The notes under the pieces: generated by a model | The model's input: only the letters and a program-made list of their open reading frames with translations | What the model was told of the DNA's origin: nothing | The model's database searches: none | Position numbers and translations under genes: made by a program | Shown: piece by piece, positions 51,455 through 63,629 of the stretch | Numbering within the stretch: position 1 is the first letter of the stretch | Layout: the number at the start of each line of letters is the position of its first letter | Origin: Mobula birostris | Lineage: Eukaryota | Reading direction: 5' to 3' | Length of the DNA: 64,000 nt | Assembly: GCF_030028105.1 (NCBI RefSeq) | Contig: NC_092391.1 | Span: 8,591,223-8,655,222, forward strand

Positions 51455-51630
51455 AACTTACTAACCTTAACACCTCCGTCTTTGGAATGTGGAAGGAAAA
51501 CCGAGCATCCAGAGTAAACCCAAGGGGTCATGAGGTGAACATACAAACTCCTTGAAGACAGCAGTGGGAATTGAACCTGGGTCTCTGACACTGTAAAGCA
51601 TTTTGCTAAGTGCTATGCTACTGTGCTGCC
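51455..51630 (-). mobile_element. HE1/V-type tRNA SINE (similar copy at 53680-53835)
   Basis: GGAAAACCGAGCATCCAGAG...CAAACTCCTT...GGGAATTGAACC. Confidence 0.75.
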
Positions 51631-51719
51631 CCATTTCAAAGTATACACATGATCAGTTCTGTAGATTGAGCTACTTAAAGTGGATAGAAAGTAAGATAAA
51701 AGCAATTTAGTAGAGAAGG

Positions 51720-52275
51720 CACAGGAAAGGATTCACATGCTGGAATGGAGCAACACACAGAAAGTGCTAGAGGAACTCAGAGGTCAGTCAGTATCTATGG
51801 AGGGAAATGAACAGTTGATGTTTTGTGACAGGAAATTTCCAACCTGATGGCATCAACAATAATTTCTCGAAATTCTGGTAACCACACTCACCTGTACCCA
51901 CCCTGCTTCTTTGTTTTCCCTTATCCCTCTTTCCCCTATTCCCTTTCTCTTCACCTCCCCTGCCCATCACCCACACCTTCCTCCCTCCTCCGCCCACAGT
52001 CTACTGTCCTCTTCTATCCGATTCCTTCTTTAGCCTTCCACCTATCATCTCCCTGCTTCTCACATCATTCCCACTTCTTCCCCCAACTCCCCCGCCTGGA
52101 TTCACCTGCCATCCACCAGCTTATTCTCCTCCTGCCTCCACCACCAATTTATTTGTCTTCTGACCTCTTCCTTTCCATTCTCAATGAAGAATCTTGGCCT
52201 GAAAAATCAACTGCTCATTTCCCTCCATAGATGCTGCCTGACATGCTGGGATCCCCTACCATTTTTGTGTGTTAA
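51720..52275. mobile_element. Penelope fragment with inverted terminal duplication
   Basis: A minus-strand terminus (51720-51830) directly abuts a plus-strand body ending in the same terminus (52205-52273). Confidence 0.75.
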
Positions 52276-52497
52276 TCTAGAAGAGAAAATATTTGGTGCA
52301 CTAAGTTTAACAATACATTAAAAAATAATCTTTAAAAGTTATAAGGTAGAATATTGATAGCCACCCTTTAAAAAAATAAGACAATTGCCCTCAGGATCTT
52401 TAAAAAAATTATCTTTGATTTAGAGAAAATGAATTAAAATTCTTAGATGATTGTGCAGTAATGTTTGAATAATTCTTCTCACCCTTTTTTCTTTTAG

Positions 52498-52649
52498 GTA
52501 TGCTCTTGTACCCAGCGGGGAGAGACCAGGTGTCCGTGTTGGTCACACACTCACATATATTCCAGATTCCTCTGGGAAAGGGAAGATTGTCATAGTTGGA
52601 GGAGCAAACCCTAATGGAAGTTTTTCTGATGCCCATATCTTAGAACTGG
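52498..52649 (+). CDS. RABEPK: RABEPK coding exon 2 (YALVPSGERPGVRVGHT...IVGGANPNGSFSDAHILEL)
   Basis: TTTTAG|G acceptor, G|GTAACA donor, 152 nt, kelch repeat. Confidence 0.96.
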
Positions 52650-53299
52650 GTAACAACACATTTTTAATTATTTCATTGTCAAATTGAAATGTTCAATATC
52701 CCTCTGTCTAAGTAATCTTAAATAACAAATGTTAGCCACTAAGCTTATCATTGAAGGTTTAAAAATGAAAATCAAACATACTTAGACTGGTGCAAATTGG
52801 CAAGTTCCTTAGAACGTTCAATTAAGGTTCCTTGATGAAATTGTGTATCTCTGAAATCTTTGTGCCGACATCAATGGGTGCGTATCCATTTTCGTAATGT
52901 AGAAGGTTTCTAACCCTTTCCAAACTGATTGCATTTATTGTAGACCCTTTATGCTCAGTGTTTATCTAATTTATATAAAATATAAGCCTAATTTCTTTAA
53001 TATTTATTAAAATAAGTTCTCTTTCAACTCCAACTCAGTAAGTTACCCTTGATTTTATTTTTTTCTAAGTAACTTTTAACTGATTGAGATCCGGTAATGT
53101 AGTTCTGGTGTCATCTGCACATAAGTCCTACGTTCTTGGTGTTTGCTTGAAACCATATTGAGCAATCTCTGCCTCTAGTTTGTAAACTCAGTATGGTAAT
53201 TAATTATGGTAATTGAATTAATTTCCCTTTAAGATTATTTATATTTGCTGGTTTGCATCCGTTATTATATAGTATTTAATTTTGTTCCGTGTAAAACAG

Positions 53300-53452
53300 A
53301 TAGACATGAATGGAACGTACCTGAATGGAAGGGGTTACTGCCGCGTTATGAACATGCCAGCTTTGTTCCTGTGACCGTACCTGCTGGCTTGTGGCTATTT
53401 GGTGGTGCAAATGAATGTGGAAACAGGAACTGTATCCAAGTTTTGAACTTTG
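53300..53452 (+). CDS. RABEPK: RABEPK coding exon 3 (DRHEW...GLLPRYEHASF...FGGANECGNRNCIQVLNF)
   Basis: CAG|AT acceptor, G|GTAAAA donor, 153 nt. Confidence 0.96.
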
Positions 53453-54691
53453 GTAAAATAATTTAAAATCTGTTACCATTGGTCATCTACAAATAACTGA
53501 AGCTTTATTAGTTTAAAGGTTTAATGGTTAGCTTTAGTTGTTACATGCACACCAAAATATTTAAACATACAGTAAATTGTTTCATTTTTGAGTTAACAAC
53601 CACTACAGCCCAAAGATGTACTGGGGGCAGCCTGCAAGTTTCAGCAAGCTTCTGGCAACAACATAGCATCCCCACAACTTACTAACCCTAGCCAGTATAT
53701 CTTGTGGGAGGAAACCCACAAGGTTACAGGGAGAACATACAAAGTACTTACTGACAGGAGTGGAAATTGAACCCCAATCTTCCGATGGCTGATGCTGTAA
53801 AGCATTGTGTTAACCAATATGATACTGTGCCATCCTTCGTCGTAATGTCTAAGTTCCTATTTAATTAACACACAAATTAATAGACCAGAATTGGCTATCA
53901 AAGAAACAGTGAATTTATTGCTGGTATTAGTTTGTTTTTGGTGAGATGACGCTCCCAGATTTAGAACTCACAAGAAATTAATGGTTAATTTACATTGCTT
54001 TCTCACCAGCCTTGCACAGATATAGTCAGTATCAATCAACCAAGTGTTTCAAGATATTACTGCTAAAAATAATTAAACAGTGCAAAAATTTGGGAGTACT
54101 AAAGAACTTTTAATAATGATATTCCTGCAATGTCTCCCAAACCAAATAAGAAAAGGAAGAAAACATGGCATTTAGTTGCAGGTAGTAAATTGTTCAGGGT
54201 AGTTTTCCATGTTTACTTTTTATTCTCTTTGTACTTATTTCAATCTATTCTGTGTCTCCATGCCTCCACCTAATCTGAAACAGGAGAAAGTCTGTAGATG
54301 CTGGAAATCCAAGCAACACACACAAAATGCTGGAGGAACTCAGCAGGTCAGGCAACATCCTATGGAAAAGAGTACTGTACAGTTGACGTTTTGCACCAGA
54401 ACCCTTCGGCAGGACTGGAGGAAAAAGGCTGGGGAGAAGATTTAAAAGGTGGGGGGAGGAGAGGGAAACACAAGGTGATGGATGAAACCTGAAGGGGGAG
54501 GGATTTACCCCATCACTTGCTTCATTGTTCCTCTGCGTCTTTCTCTGCCCGAAAAGCCCATGGTTAAACTGCTGTCATTTACCAAGGTCCCAAGTGTTCT
54601 GTTTATCTCACATCATCTTCCAACGTTTTATAATACAGGATCGTTTTATACAGGAAATGTGGAAGGAATTCAAATAGGGTACTCCGAAAGC

Positions 54692-54925
54692 TGGGTGGCG
54701 GAGTAGAGACACGTCTCTACCATAGGAGGTGTAAGGTGCTCCTTCAGTTAGGCCTGCAGGTCACCCTTGGAAATGTAGAGCACCTACTTAGCACCCGCAC
54801 CTGTTACCTGTCTTGTAAAGACACTGCCCTGAAGAAGGCAATAGCAAACCACTTCTGCTGGAAAAAGTTGCCCAGACAATCATGTTCACCCATGTTGTAC
54901 AACACGGCACATAATGATTATGATG
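54692..54925 (+). mobile_element. RTE-type SINE, internally deleted (family of 5499-6171)
   Basis: Same 5' end TGGGTGGCGG..AGA.ACG.CTCTACC and 3' motif GAAGGCAATAGCAAACCACTTCTG. Confidence 0.75.
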
Positions 54926-55039
54926 ACTCTGTAAAGAGCTGTGCTCCAGCAAGATCTTGACCATTGTTTTGTAACTCCTTAAATTTTTATTTAGGATAAA
55001 TTAGTTTGTTATGACAAAACAAATAATGTACTAAAGGAA

Positions 55040-55558
55040 CACACATCAAAGTTGCTGGTGAACGCAGCAGGCCAGGCAGCATCTCTAGGAAGAGGTACAG
55101 TTGACGTTTCAGGCCAAGATCCTTCGTCAGGACTAACTGAAAGAAGAGCTAGTAAGAGATTTGAAAGTGGGAGGGGGAGAGGGAGATCCAAAATGATAGG
55201 AGAAGACAGGAGGGGGAGGGATGGAGCCAAGAGCTGGACAGGTGATTGGCAAAAGGGATATGAGAGGATCATGGGACAGGAGGCCCAGGGAGAAGGAAAA
55301 GGGAGAGAGGGCAAAAAACCCAGAGGATGGGCAAGGGGTATAGTGAGAGGGACAAAAAGAAGAGAGAGAGAAAGAATGTGTGTATATAAATAACTAACGG
55401 ATGGGGTACGAGGGGGAGGTGGGGCATTAGCGGAAGTTTGAGGAGTCAATGTTCATGCCATCAGGTCGGAGGCTACCCAGACAGAATATAAGGTGTTGTT
55501 CCTCCAACCTGAGTGTGGCTTCATCTTTATAGCGGAGGAGACCGTGGATAGACATATC
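55040..55558 (-). mobile_element. Young Penelope 3' fragment, near-identical to ~39775-40290
   Basis: Long identical stretches, e.g. GCTGGTGAACGCAGCAGGCCAGGCAGCATCTCTAGGA. Confidence 0.92.
55098..55135 (-). ncRNA. Minimal type I hammerhead ribozyme motif (second intact-core copy)
   Basis: UAGUC-CUGACGA-AGG-AUCUUGG-CCU-GAAA-CG-UC-AACUG: GUC triplet, one mismatch at the base of stem I. Confidence 0.65.
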
Positions 55559-55961
55559 AGAACACAGCAAGTCAGGCTGCATCTATGGAGAGGAATGAAT
55601 TGCTCAACTTTCAGCCTGAGATCCTTTATCAGGACTGGAAAGGAAGGGGGAAGAAGCCAGAATGAAAAGGTGGGGGGGAGGAGGAAGCAGTGTAAGATTG
55701 TAGGTGATATGTGAATCCAGGTGAGTGGAAGGGTTTTGAATGCTTACTCCTCTTCATAGATGCTGCCTGACTTGCTGAGTTCCTCCAGCATTTTGTTCGT
55801 TGCTGTGGATTTCCAGGATCTGCAGAATCTCTTGTGTTTAAAATGTGCTAAAGCTTAATAATTTGCAGAAAATTTTACCTGAAGAATTACCAGAACAGAG
55901 TGCCAGTTTGTTATTGGTCAAATAACAAATAATATGAGTATTATTCTGTTGATTAAACCAG

Positions 55962-56123
55962 AAACTGGAGAGTGGAGAAATCCAGCAGTAAATGGAACAC
56001 CACCTACACCGAGAACGTGCCACAGTTCCACTGCAGCTATTGGAGATTGCCTCTTTGTTTTTGGTGGAGGAGACAAGGGAGCGGAGCCTGTACAAGATAC
56101 ACAACTCCATGCTTTTGATAAAG
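55962..56123 (+). CDS. RABEPK: RABEPK coding exon 4 (ETGEWRNP...PRTCHSS...FGGGDKGAEPVQDTQLHAFDK)
   Basis: CCAG|AA acceptor, G|GTAGGA donor, 162 nt. Confidence 0.96.
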
Positions 56124-59100
56124 GTAGGAGTAAACAGATCCCCAAGTATAAGATTGTAAGTAGTGTGATCACTCAAGTGAAAATTATGTTCTCCTAGCGG
56201 GTTGTCTGTTGGTGGGTCTTCTGATGGCTATAGAGGCTGATCCAAGATCCACATCTCCAGACCTCACAATCCTGCTCCCTTTTGAACTTAATCCGGGACG
56301 TTGGGGTGCATTCCCTTAATGAAGAATGCTTGTCCGTGACTTTGTTTAACTTAGGGAGGCTGATGCATGAGGAGCCACTACATGGTCTTTGAGAAGTCAG
56401 GGTCAGGATCCAATAATACAGAATGCAAGACAACAAAAAAATTTATATAAGAGAAAATCAAACTAAAAGCTGAAAATACTAGAAATCTAAAATAATAAAA
56501 CATTTATGTAATCTTACGAAAAGGCACTTTTCAAAATGTCAGTGATCAGAAAAGAGGAGATGTAGCTCATGGGAAGTAAACAAATATTAAATCAAGAAGC
56601 ATGTTGTACAATGATACCATACTTCTTGAAGGTTGCAGAACATAGTGGCTTTGGAAGATAGTGAGTTCAGAGGGTTGTGCACCTTGGTTGGGTTGGAAGT
56701 ATAAGAGAGGTACATTGCACAGAAATTCAGTCTCACTAGAATAGAGGGTGCAAGCTGAGATGGAGCTGGATAAGATTGTGGAAGTTCGGTGGAACAAGGC
56801 TAAGGATGCAGGTTTTGAATTCAAAAGGAAAGCTTAAAATACCTAGCAGGTAGGTCGGAATCTGTAGAAAGAGAAACATCAGGAAGGATTGGTGTGTAAC
56901 TTTACAAGTTATTTACAATGTTTTAAATAGTATCACTCACTTTCAATGAATCATCCTGTAAATGAAGCAATTGTTGTTTCCTAAAGAAGCACAATAGATA
57001 ACTTCTCTACAGGGTTTTATAAATTCTATGTGTTTTCACTTCTGTCAATGCGCACTCCTTCAATAATATCGAGTGTCATATCATAATATCAGATCTTGAG
57101 GTTGTACTTGAACTCATGGACCTCTGACACAGTGCCAGACTGATAGTATGGATCAAAACTGGTCACTCCTTCAATAGATTTTGCTTCCAAAAATCTACAG
57201 CTACTGATTGAACCAGCTGCTGGATTATACTATAAAAGTTGTTGATGTATCTGTCAAGCTGGAATTGTCCAGCATTTGTTCACCTCTCTCTTGTGTCAGT
57301 CAAGAGCAGGAGCTCACTTTATTAGTTTTCTGATTCCAGATAGGACTGGTGTTAAACTGTCACATAATGGAAAAAATCAGGTATGGTAATCAGAGAAATT
57401 TTATAAATGGAAGGAGTTCATTTAGATGAACTTGTTCAGGCTATCCCCTCTCCCCATTTCAGCTTGTTGCTGTTGCAGTTCAGCAGGCGTTCATACAGCA
57501 ACTTGCACAAGATGAGAGACTGTGTCTCCATTACCCTTCCAGGCAATGGGTTCCACATTCCTATTATGCACTGGGTGAGAGAACTGTTTTTTCCCCTGCT
57601 GCTCTCAAATAGTTTAACTATTAATTTATTTCTATGCTCTTAGTGTTGACATCTTTACTAAGGGCAGCAGTCCTTTCTTGCACTTTTTCTGGGCATATGT
57701 ATCAATTAAAGGTTCCCTTAGCCTTCTCTCTACAGAGGTAACAGAAATAAATGTGGCAGCCTCATTACAAAACTTCAAATTGTGCTATGTTCTTGTACTC
57801 TACAAATTGTAGTGCCTCTTTCTTCAAATGCAGTGAACAAGACTTCAAAGTAACAATGCTTCAGCTGTGACCTTGCTACTGTTTTGTACAGATCTAGTAT
57901 TTTATCCCTGTTCTTGACTGCATTCTCCAGCAAAGGAGCTTTTTCATTTGACCCTTCCTGCTACCTCAAGCAGTCTGTGGAAACATACTTCTGAAAAGTA
58001 TTTGCCATGAAGTCACCCCATCAAGTTTACAACCTCCTCTTTCATACTCTTGCAAGTTCCTAATCATGGACGCTATTCTTAAGCACACAAAAAGGTACTG
58101 TGCCTTTTGAAAACCTTCTTGAAACAGTCACTCAGGCAGCTCATTCTCAATGATTATCCTTTTGCTTTTCTTCCCCCCACCCACTGAATATTCAACTCAA
58201 CTTGTCACCTTCCTTTCTCTTTATCAGTACTGTATGCCTTTTCTGATGCCTTTCCAAAGTCCTCGTAAGCATTGTTATTATTGACTACTCTCTAGTCTCA
58301 AAAAAATTCAAATGTCAGATGCAACATTGCCCTAACAAATTATAGATTAATTGGGAATTTTTAAAATGATGGTTTAAACTATTACTGAAATTGTTTTAGC
58401 ATGTGACTAACCTGTAGTTATTTGATTAATCTCCTTACTTTAGATAATGTTACCACTTTAGGAATCTTTCAGTATACCTGTAGCTGGAGAAGTGCTGATT
58501 AAAGCCTAAGCTATGTTTTCCCTTTGTTTTTCTTAACACGCTGAAACACATCTCATCTCAGTGATTTATTTACTACCTGTATTAAAAGATGCTAAACCTC
58601 AATATAGAGAACTGTCCTAATTTCCTTTTCAATTTCAGTTCTGCTGTTCCTATATTCTTCTAGGCTGATTTCTGTACTGAGCTCATGGCCTCTAACAAGC
58701 CTTCCTTTTTTGTGCTTTTAGTTGGGGGTGTGGTGCCTAGATTTGCAGTGTCCCATTCAGTCTATTAATCGGCACAGTATAGCTCTGAACTCTTTGGTAT
58801 CCTCAAAGATCTCCTATGGCTTGGGGTAACACATACAAAATGATGAAGGGAATTGGCTTGAAACATGAACTGTTTCTTCATTTCCGCTGCTGCCTGAACT
58901 GCTGAGTTCCTCCGACATTTTGTGTGTGTCACTATGAATTTCTGGCATCTGCAGAATCTCTTGTGTTTATCCAATTTCTTGTTGCTTTACATTCATAAAT
59001 AGATTTCTACTCTTGCTCAGTCTTATCAGTCATGTAGAATTCAATTTGCTCAAATAAGAATTTTATTCTCTCCTTGGCATTTTCTATATATCCAAGATCC

Positions 59101-59376
59101 AACTGAACAATGCTCATTTAACCAAAATGCTCTTCCTGCCTCTACCATTGCATTTGTCAATTCATCCCCAAATAGGTCCAGAACTGGCTGACCTTTTATT
59201 GCATCCCAATTTTCTCTTGAATTCTGAATCAACTGCACTTTTCATGTTTTTAATGTCAGGTGAAATCCACACCATTAAATATTCACTGCTTTTTCATTAT
59301 TAAATTACTCTTCTTAACATAATTTCCTCCCAATAAAAATCTAATGTACATTTTCCTATTCCCTGCGTATTTTCAG

Positions 59377-59526
59377 CCATACTTAGCTGGTCACAGATAT
59401 CAACAGAGGGAGAACCACCAGCCCCAAGGCACGGCCACGTGATGGTCAGTGTAGGCAGCAAGTTATTCATTCATGGAGGATTAGCAGGAGACAAGTTCTT
59501 CAATGATATGTATACCATTGACACAG
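59377..59526 (+). CDS. RABEPK: RABEPK coding exon 5 (AILSWSQ...PRHGHVMV...IHGGLAGDKFFNDMYTIDT)
   Basis: TTTCAG|CC acceptor, G|GTAGGT donor, 150 nt. Not present in the ORF track. Confidence 0.96.
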
Positions 59527-59765
59527 GTAGGTCTGCACATGGTAATTTAAAATGTGATAAATTTGTGATTTTAAATGTTATTTACAATAAACACAACAGA
59601 AATTTGTAATCAGTTTGAAGGGAAATAAAGTAGAGCCTTATTTACTGCCATATGGTGTTTGCAATGTTTTATAGTTAAATATGAAAATAAATTAATGCTA
59701 CCTTTAAAATGCACTAAATGTATTAAAGATGTTTTGACGACATCTTTTATGATATACAGCTGCAG

Positions 59766-59915
59766 TTAATATGAAATGGAAGAAAGTAAAAATGAAGGGT
59801 GATATCCCAGGCGGTCGTGCAGCTCATTCTGCAGTTTCCCATGGAAAATACCTTTTTATTTTCGGTGGTTTAGATGCCACAGGAGCACTGAATAATATGT
59901 ACAAGTACCATATCG
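59766..59915 (+). CDS. RABEPK: RABEPK coding exon 6 (VNMKWKK...RAAHSAV...IFGGLDATGALNNMYKYHI)
   Basis: G|GTAAGT donor. The exon starts at 59766 (150 nt) or at the in-frame 59760 (156 nt). Confidence 0.92.
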
Positions 59916-60606
59916 GTAAGTACTTGCCCTCTGCATTACTGGATCCCGTTATTAGGATCAACACACACAAAAGACTAGAGGAACTTGGCAAGTCAGGCAG
60001 CATACATGGATGGGAGTAGACAGTTTACATTTCAGGCTGAGACCCTTGAATCATTGAGATGTCCATTTGAAAACAATCGCATAAAAGGCAAGATGCAATA
60101 ACTGCTTTATTCAGTAAAATTGTAAGGACATAACTTCTTGGATAATATAACTTTTTGGTGGAGAATCTCTACTTGCGTGGTTTTAACAATTGTCTGTTTT
60201 CTCCACTGATCTGCATACTGTTTAAAAATGGACCTTTTGTGTTCATGGTGTTAACCAGCAAGGTGAATTGGACATCCCAATTGTGTTGCAAGATCAGGAG
60301 TTAGCAGTAGAGCTATTTAGAAACATACTCGTGTCACCACTTATTTTTGGTTACTAAGTATGTTCAAAAGGGATGCTTAGTTAAATGACTGGGCACTAGT
60401 CATACAGAAAAAAGCCAACATTTTCCTTTTTGTAGTGGGCAACTTCCTAACCATTACCATTGCTTGGAATCTAATTAGTATAAAGCTCATTCAGTATAAA
60501 TTTATGAATTAGGAAGTCTTCAAGACAGTTAAAAGAAAAAGTACAACTGAACTGGTGTGTTATGATTTTAAGTTGCCTGAACCCATATCAATTTCTCTTC
60601 TCTCAG

Positions 60607-60914
60607 AAACACAATGCTGGACCTTATTAGAGTTTGAGTCACCTCTGCCTGCAAAAAGGTTGGATCATGCCATGTGTGTTATACCCTGGAAAATGAGGAA
60701 AACTGATACACCTACTCCTAGACCAAATGATAAACAAGCTGACGAGAACAAGGAAAGTATGAGACCAAGTGATAATGGCACACATCCTACCTCTGTGAAT
60801 TGGTCAACCGTTCAGACAGACAGCATTGTGCATCTGTGCTTGATATTTGGTGGTATGGACACTCAAGGTGAAATTTACAATGACTGCTTTGTAACCCTTA
60901 TCAAAGCCAGCTAA
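60607..60914 (+). CDS. RABEPK: RABEPK last exon (ETQCWTLL...RLDHAMCVIPW...CLIFGGMDTQGEIYNDCFVTLIKAS*)
   Basis: TCTCAG|AA acceptor. Total CDS 1128 nt = 375 aa + stop. Confidence 0.97.
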
Positions 60915-61090
60915 CTGCACACTGGTCAGTTCAACTTACTGCATCCTGCTGCTCTACAGCAGAAGTTCTCAATGTGGGCCATATCCATGTTGGATTTTGT
61001 AGGAGCCACAAGTAAAAGAAGAAACTGAGCACAAGAATTTTTGAATGGCCATGATCAGTTTACTATTTTGATGAAATATTACTAAAACCA

Positions 61091-61096
61091 AATAAA
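61091..61096 (+). terminator. Candidate RABEPK poly(A) signal AATAAA
   Basis: First canonical hexamer, ~180 nt after the stop codon. Confidence 0.55.
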
Positions 61097-61107
61097 TGTA
61101 ATTTAAT

Positions 61108-61610
61108 TGAAGTTGTACCAGATGTTGGTGCGGCCTAACTTGGAATATTGTGTGCAGTTTTGGTCACCTACCTACAGAAAAGATGTAAATAAGAGTACTG
61201 TACAGAGAAAGTTTACAGGATGTTGCTGGGACTGGAGGACCTGAGTTATAAGATTGATTAGGTTTGAACTTATTCCTTGTAATGTAGAACAGAGATTTGA
61301 CAGCTGTATACAAAATTGAGGGATTATAGATAGGGTAAATGCAAGCAGGCATTTTCCACTGAGATTGGTGAGACTACAACGTGGGGTAAGGGTGAAAGGT
61401 GAAATGTGTAAGAGGAACACAAGTGGGAGCACAACTCAGCACATGTAATGGATACAACTTCAATTTCAACATTTAAGAGCTTTGATAGGTACACAAATAG
61501 GAGTATGTTAGGCTATGGTCTGGGTGTTGACAAATAAGTCTAGGCAAAATGAAATGGTTTGGCACAAACTGGATGGGTCAAAGGGTCTGTTTGTACTGTG
61601 GTTTTCTGAC
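61108..61610 (+). mobile_element. CR1 3' fragment
   Basis: TTGGTGCGGCCTAACTTGGAATATTGTGTGCAGTTTTGGTCACC encodes [15 protein letters not shown]. Confidence 0.85.
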
Positions 61611-63342
61611 TTAATTGGAACCCTGAATAAAGTGAATATGAACACACGTAGATGGTGTGATGGTGCAAAGGTAACAACAAAACAGTGATGTGTGTGGCTT
61701 GTCAATTGTTAGCTCTGCTACTGCTTCAGTGCACAAATCTGTTCACACCTTGCAGGGCAGCCCACTGGGCCGTGCTGCACATCCACCCTAAAACTAACTA
61801 CAGACTGGCCTTGCAGCTGATAACCCCACCCAATCAGTGGGAACTAGCCTTATGCTGCATTGTCTGTCTTCAACTATGTCATGCATGTTGAAGTTTTTTT
61901 TTAAAAATTCACTGCTCTTCTGTACATGACTGTTGAAGATGGATAACAATCTGCCACAATTTGGTCATTAGCAGAACAGAAGGTTCTGATTTATAAAAAT
62001 CAATGCTTTTCCAATTATGCTTAAGTCTAGAAATTCCCAGGCTCTCAAAAAGATGTCTAAATGCACAACTCTAACCATGTTTTTAAAAACCAGCACTTTT
62101 TGTCCAACATTCTAGAGCCAACTGTCAATGACCTAGTGTGCTATCCATGCTCACTTACCCATTGTGATCTTAATTCAAATTCTGAATTAGTACAGACCTG
62201 GAGTATCTAAAATGGCACATGAAATCAGATATGGATACTTGGGACAGTAGCTGCACTGTTAAATTGCAATCTGCCTTACTGCAGCATCTGAATGATTAAT
62301 ACAGTAGACAAAAGCATTGAACACCTTTTTGTAGTTTAAGAAAATTACGGTTAAAGCAGCAAATTGTCATTTAGGCAATTGATACTGCAGTAAGAAAGGT
62401 AGCTTATAACTGATCACAGAAATATACCAATTATCTACAATTAGTCTATCCTACACAAATCCCTCTTTAGCCCCAAATTTATCAGCTCCTGGAGTCTACC
62501 CTTCACCTACACTTCAACACCAATTAATCTTCTACCAGCACCTCTTTAGTACCAAATGGCAGGAAACTTGTGCAAGTTACCTGAACAAGCTTCACAGCAA
62601 TAGCACCCCAAGTCAGGACTGAATTTGGGTTGCTGGTGCTGCTTAAATGTAATGGTTAAATCACTTCAATGAGGTTGAGACAAAAATCTCACAATATTCA
62701 TTCTGTACAAGAACAAGTGACTATGTATATACACATCAAGCTTGAAAACATCTACTGGTTTCATTGCAGTATCACTTATTTTGAAAATGAAAGCCATTAT
62801 TAATAACTGGAAAAATTGGCAATACTCTGGCTAGAGGTTAAATCTCTTGCTGTGACACTGAATTTGATAACATGTATACAACATATAAGCTTTCAGTATA
62901 GTTTAAGATTTAACTTTGGAAATTGCATTCTAGGAGGCCAATCCAAAATACAGTTTTAAGTACTCCAGGTCTGATTGAAGATTGCAGTCTATTTAGACTG
63001 CCAATTCAAGAATTCAACACTACCTAGAGACTGTTAGCTCCTCCTAGGATCAATGTTTGATTTATCACTTGTGTACAAATGTAGTTCTATGGAACTACAA
63101 GGCTGGACTTGGTTTTAACTTGACCTGCACTAAGTTTCTGCAGCTCAATTTACTGACAAATCCTGTAGCAAGTGTAGTGTGTAACCCAGCTCATTCATAT
63201 CACAGTTCAAGTTAGATCCTATAGTCAAACTGCAAATTTCTGTGCAGCATGAATATTGAACTTGTACCCACAAAAGTAACCAATGCTGGTGGTCTATTCC
63301 AAATGTAAAGATGCTTGAGAAATCTTAATATCAAACATAACA

Positions 63343-63348
63343 TTTATT
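63343..63348 (-). terminator. Candidate HSPA5 poly(A) signal AATAAA
   Basis: Canonical hexamer ~280 nt downstream of the HSPA5 stop. Confidence 0.5.
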
Positions 63349-63629
63349 GGTCATAAGTAGAAAATGTCTTTCTACACTTACACAGACCAAACATGAGTTT
63401 TCAAATAAATAGAAAAAATGTGCATTCGGAGAACTGTATTTATAATCCTTGACACTTCTCCCAATCAAGTTCTCCCTCCAGATAGGTGCGGAAACTGCAA
63501 TGGAAGTTCTACACCATTTCAAATGTTCACACCACTCGTGAAAATTCTGCACATACATTCAAGAGTTAGTCCTTATAGATTTCCCAAACAGTAAAGTCCA
63601 AGTCCATTATTTACAAAATTAGGTCTTTA

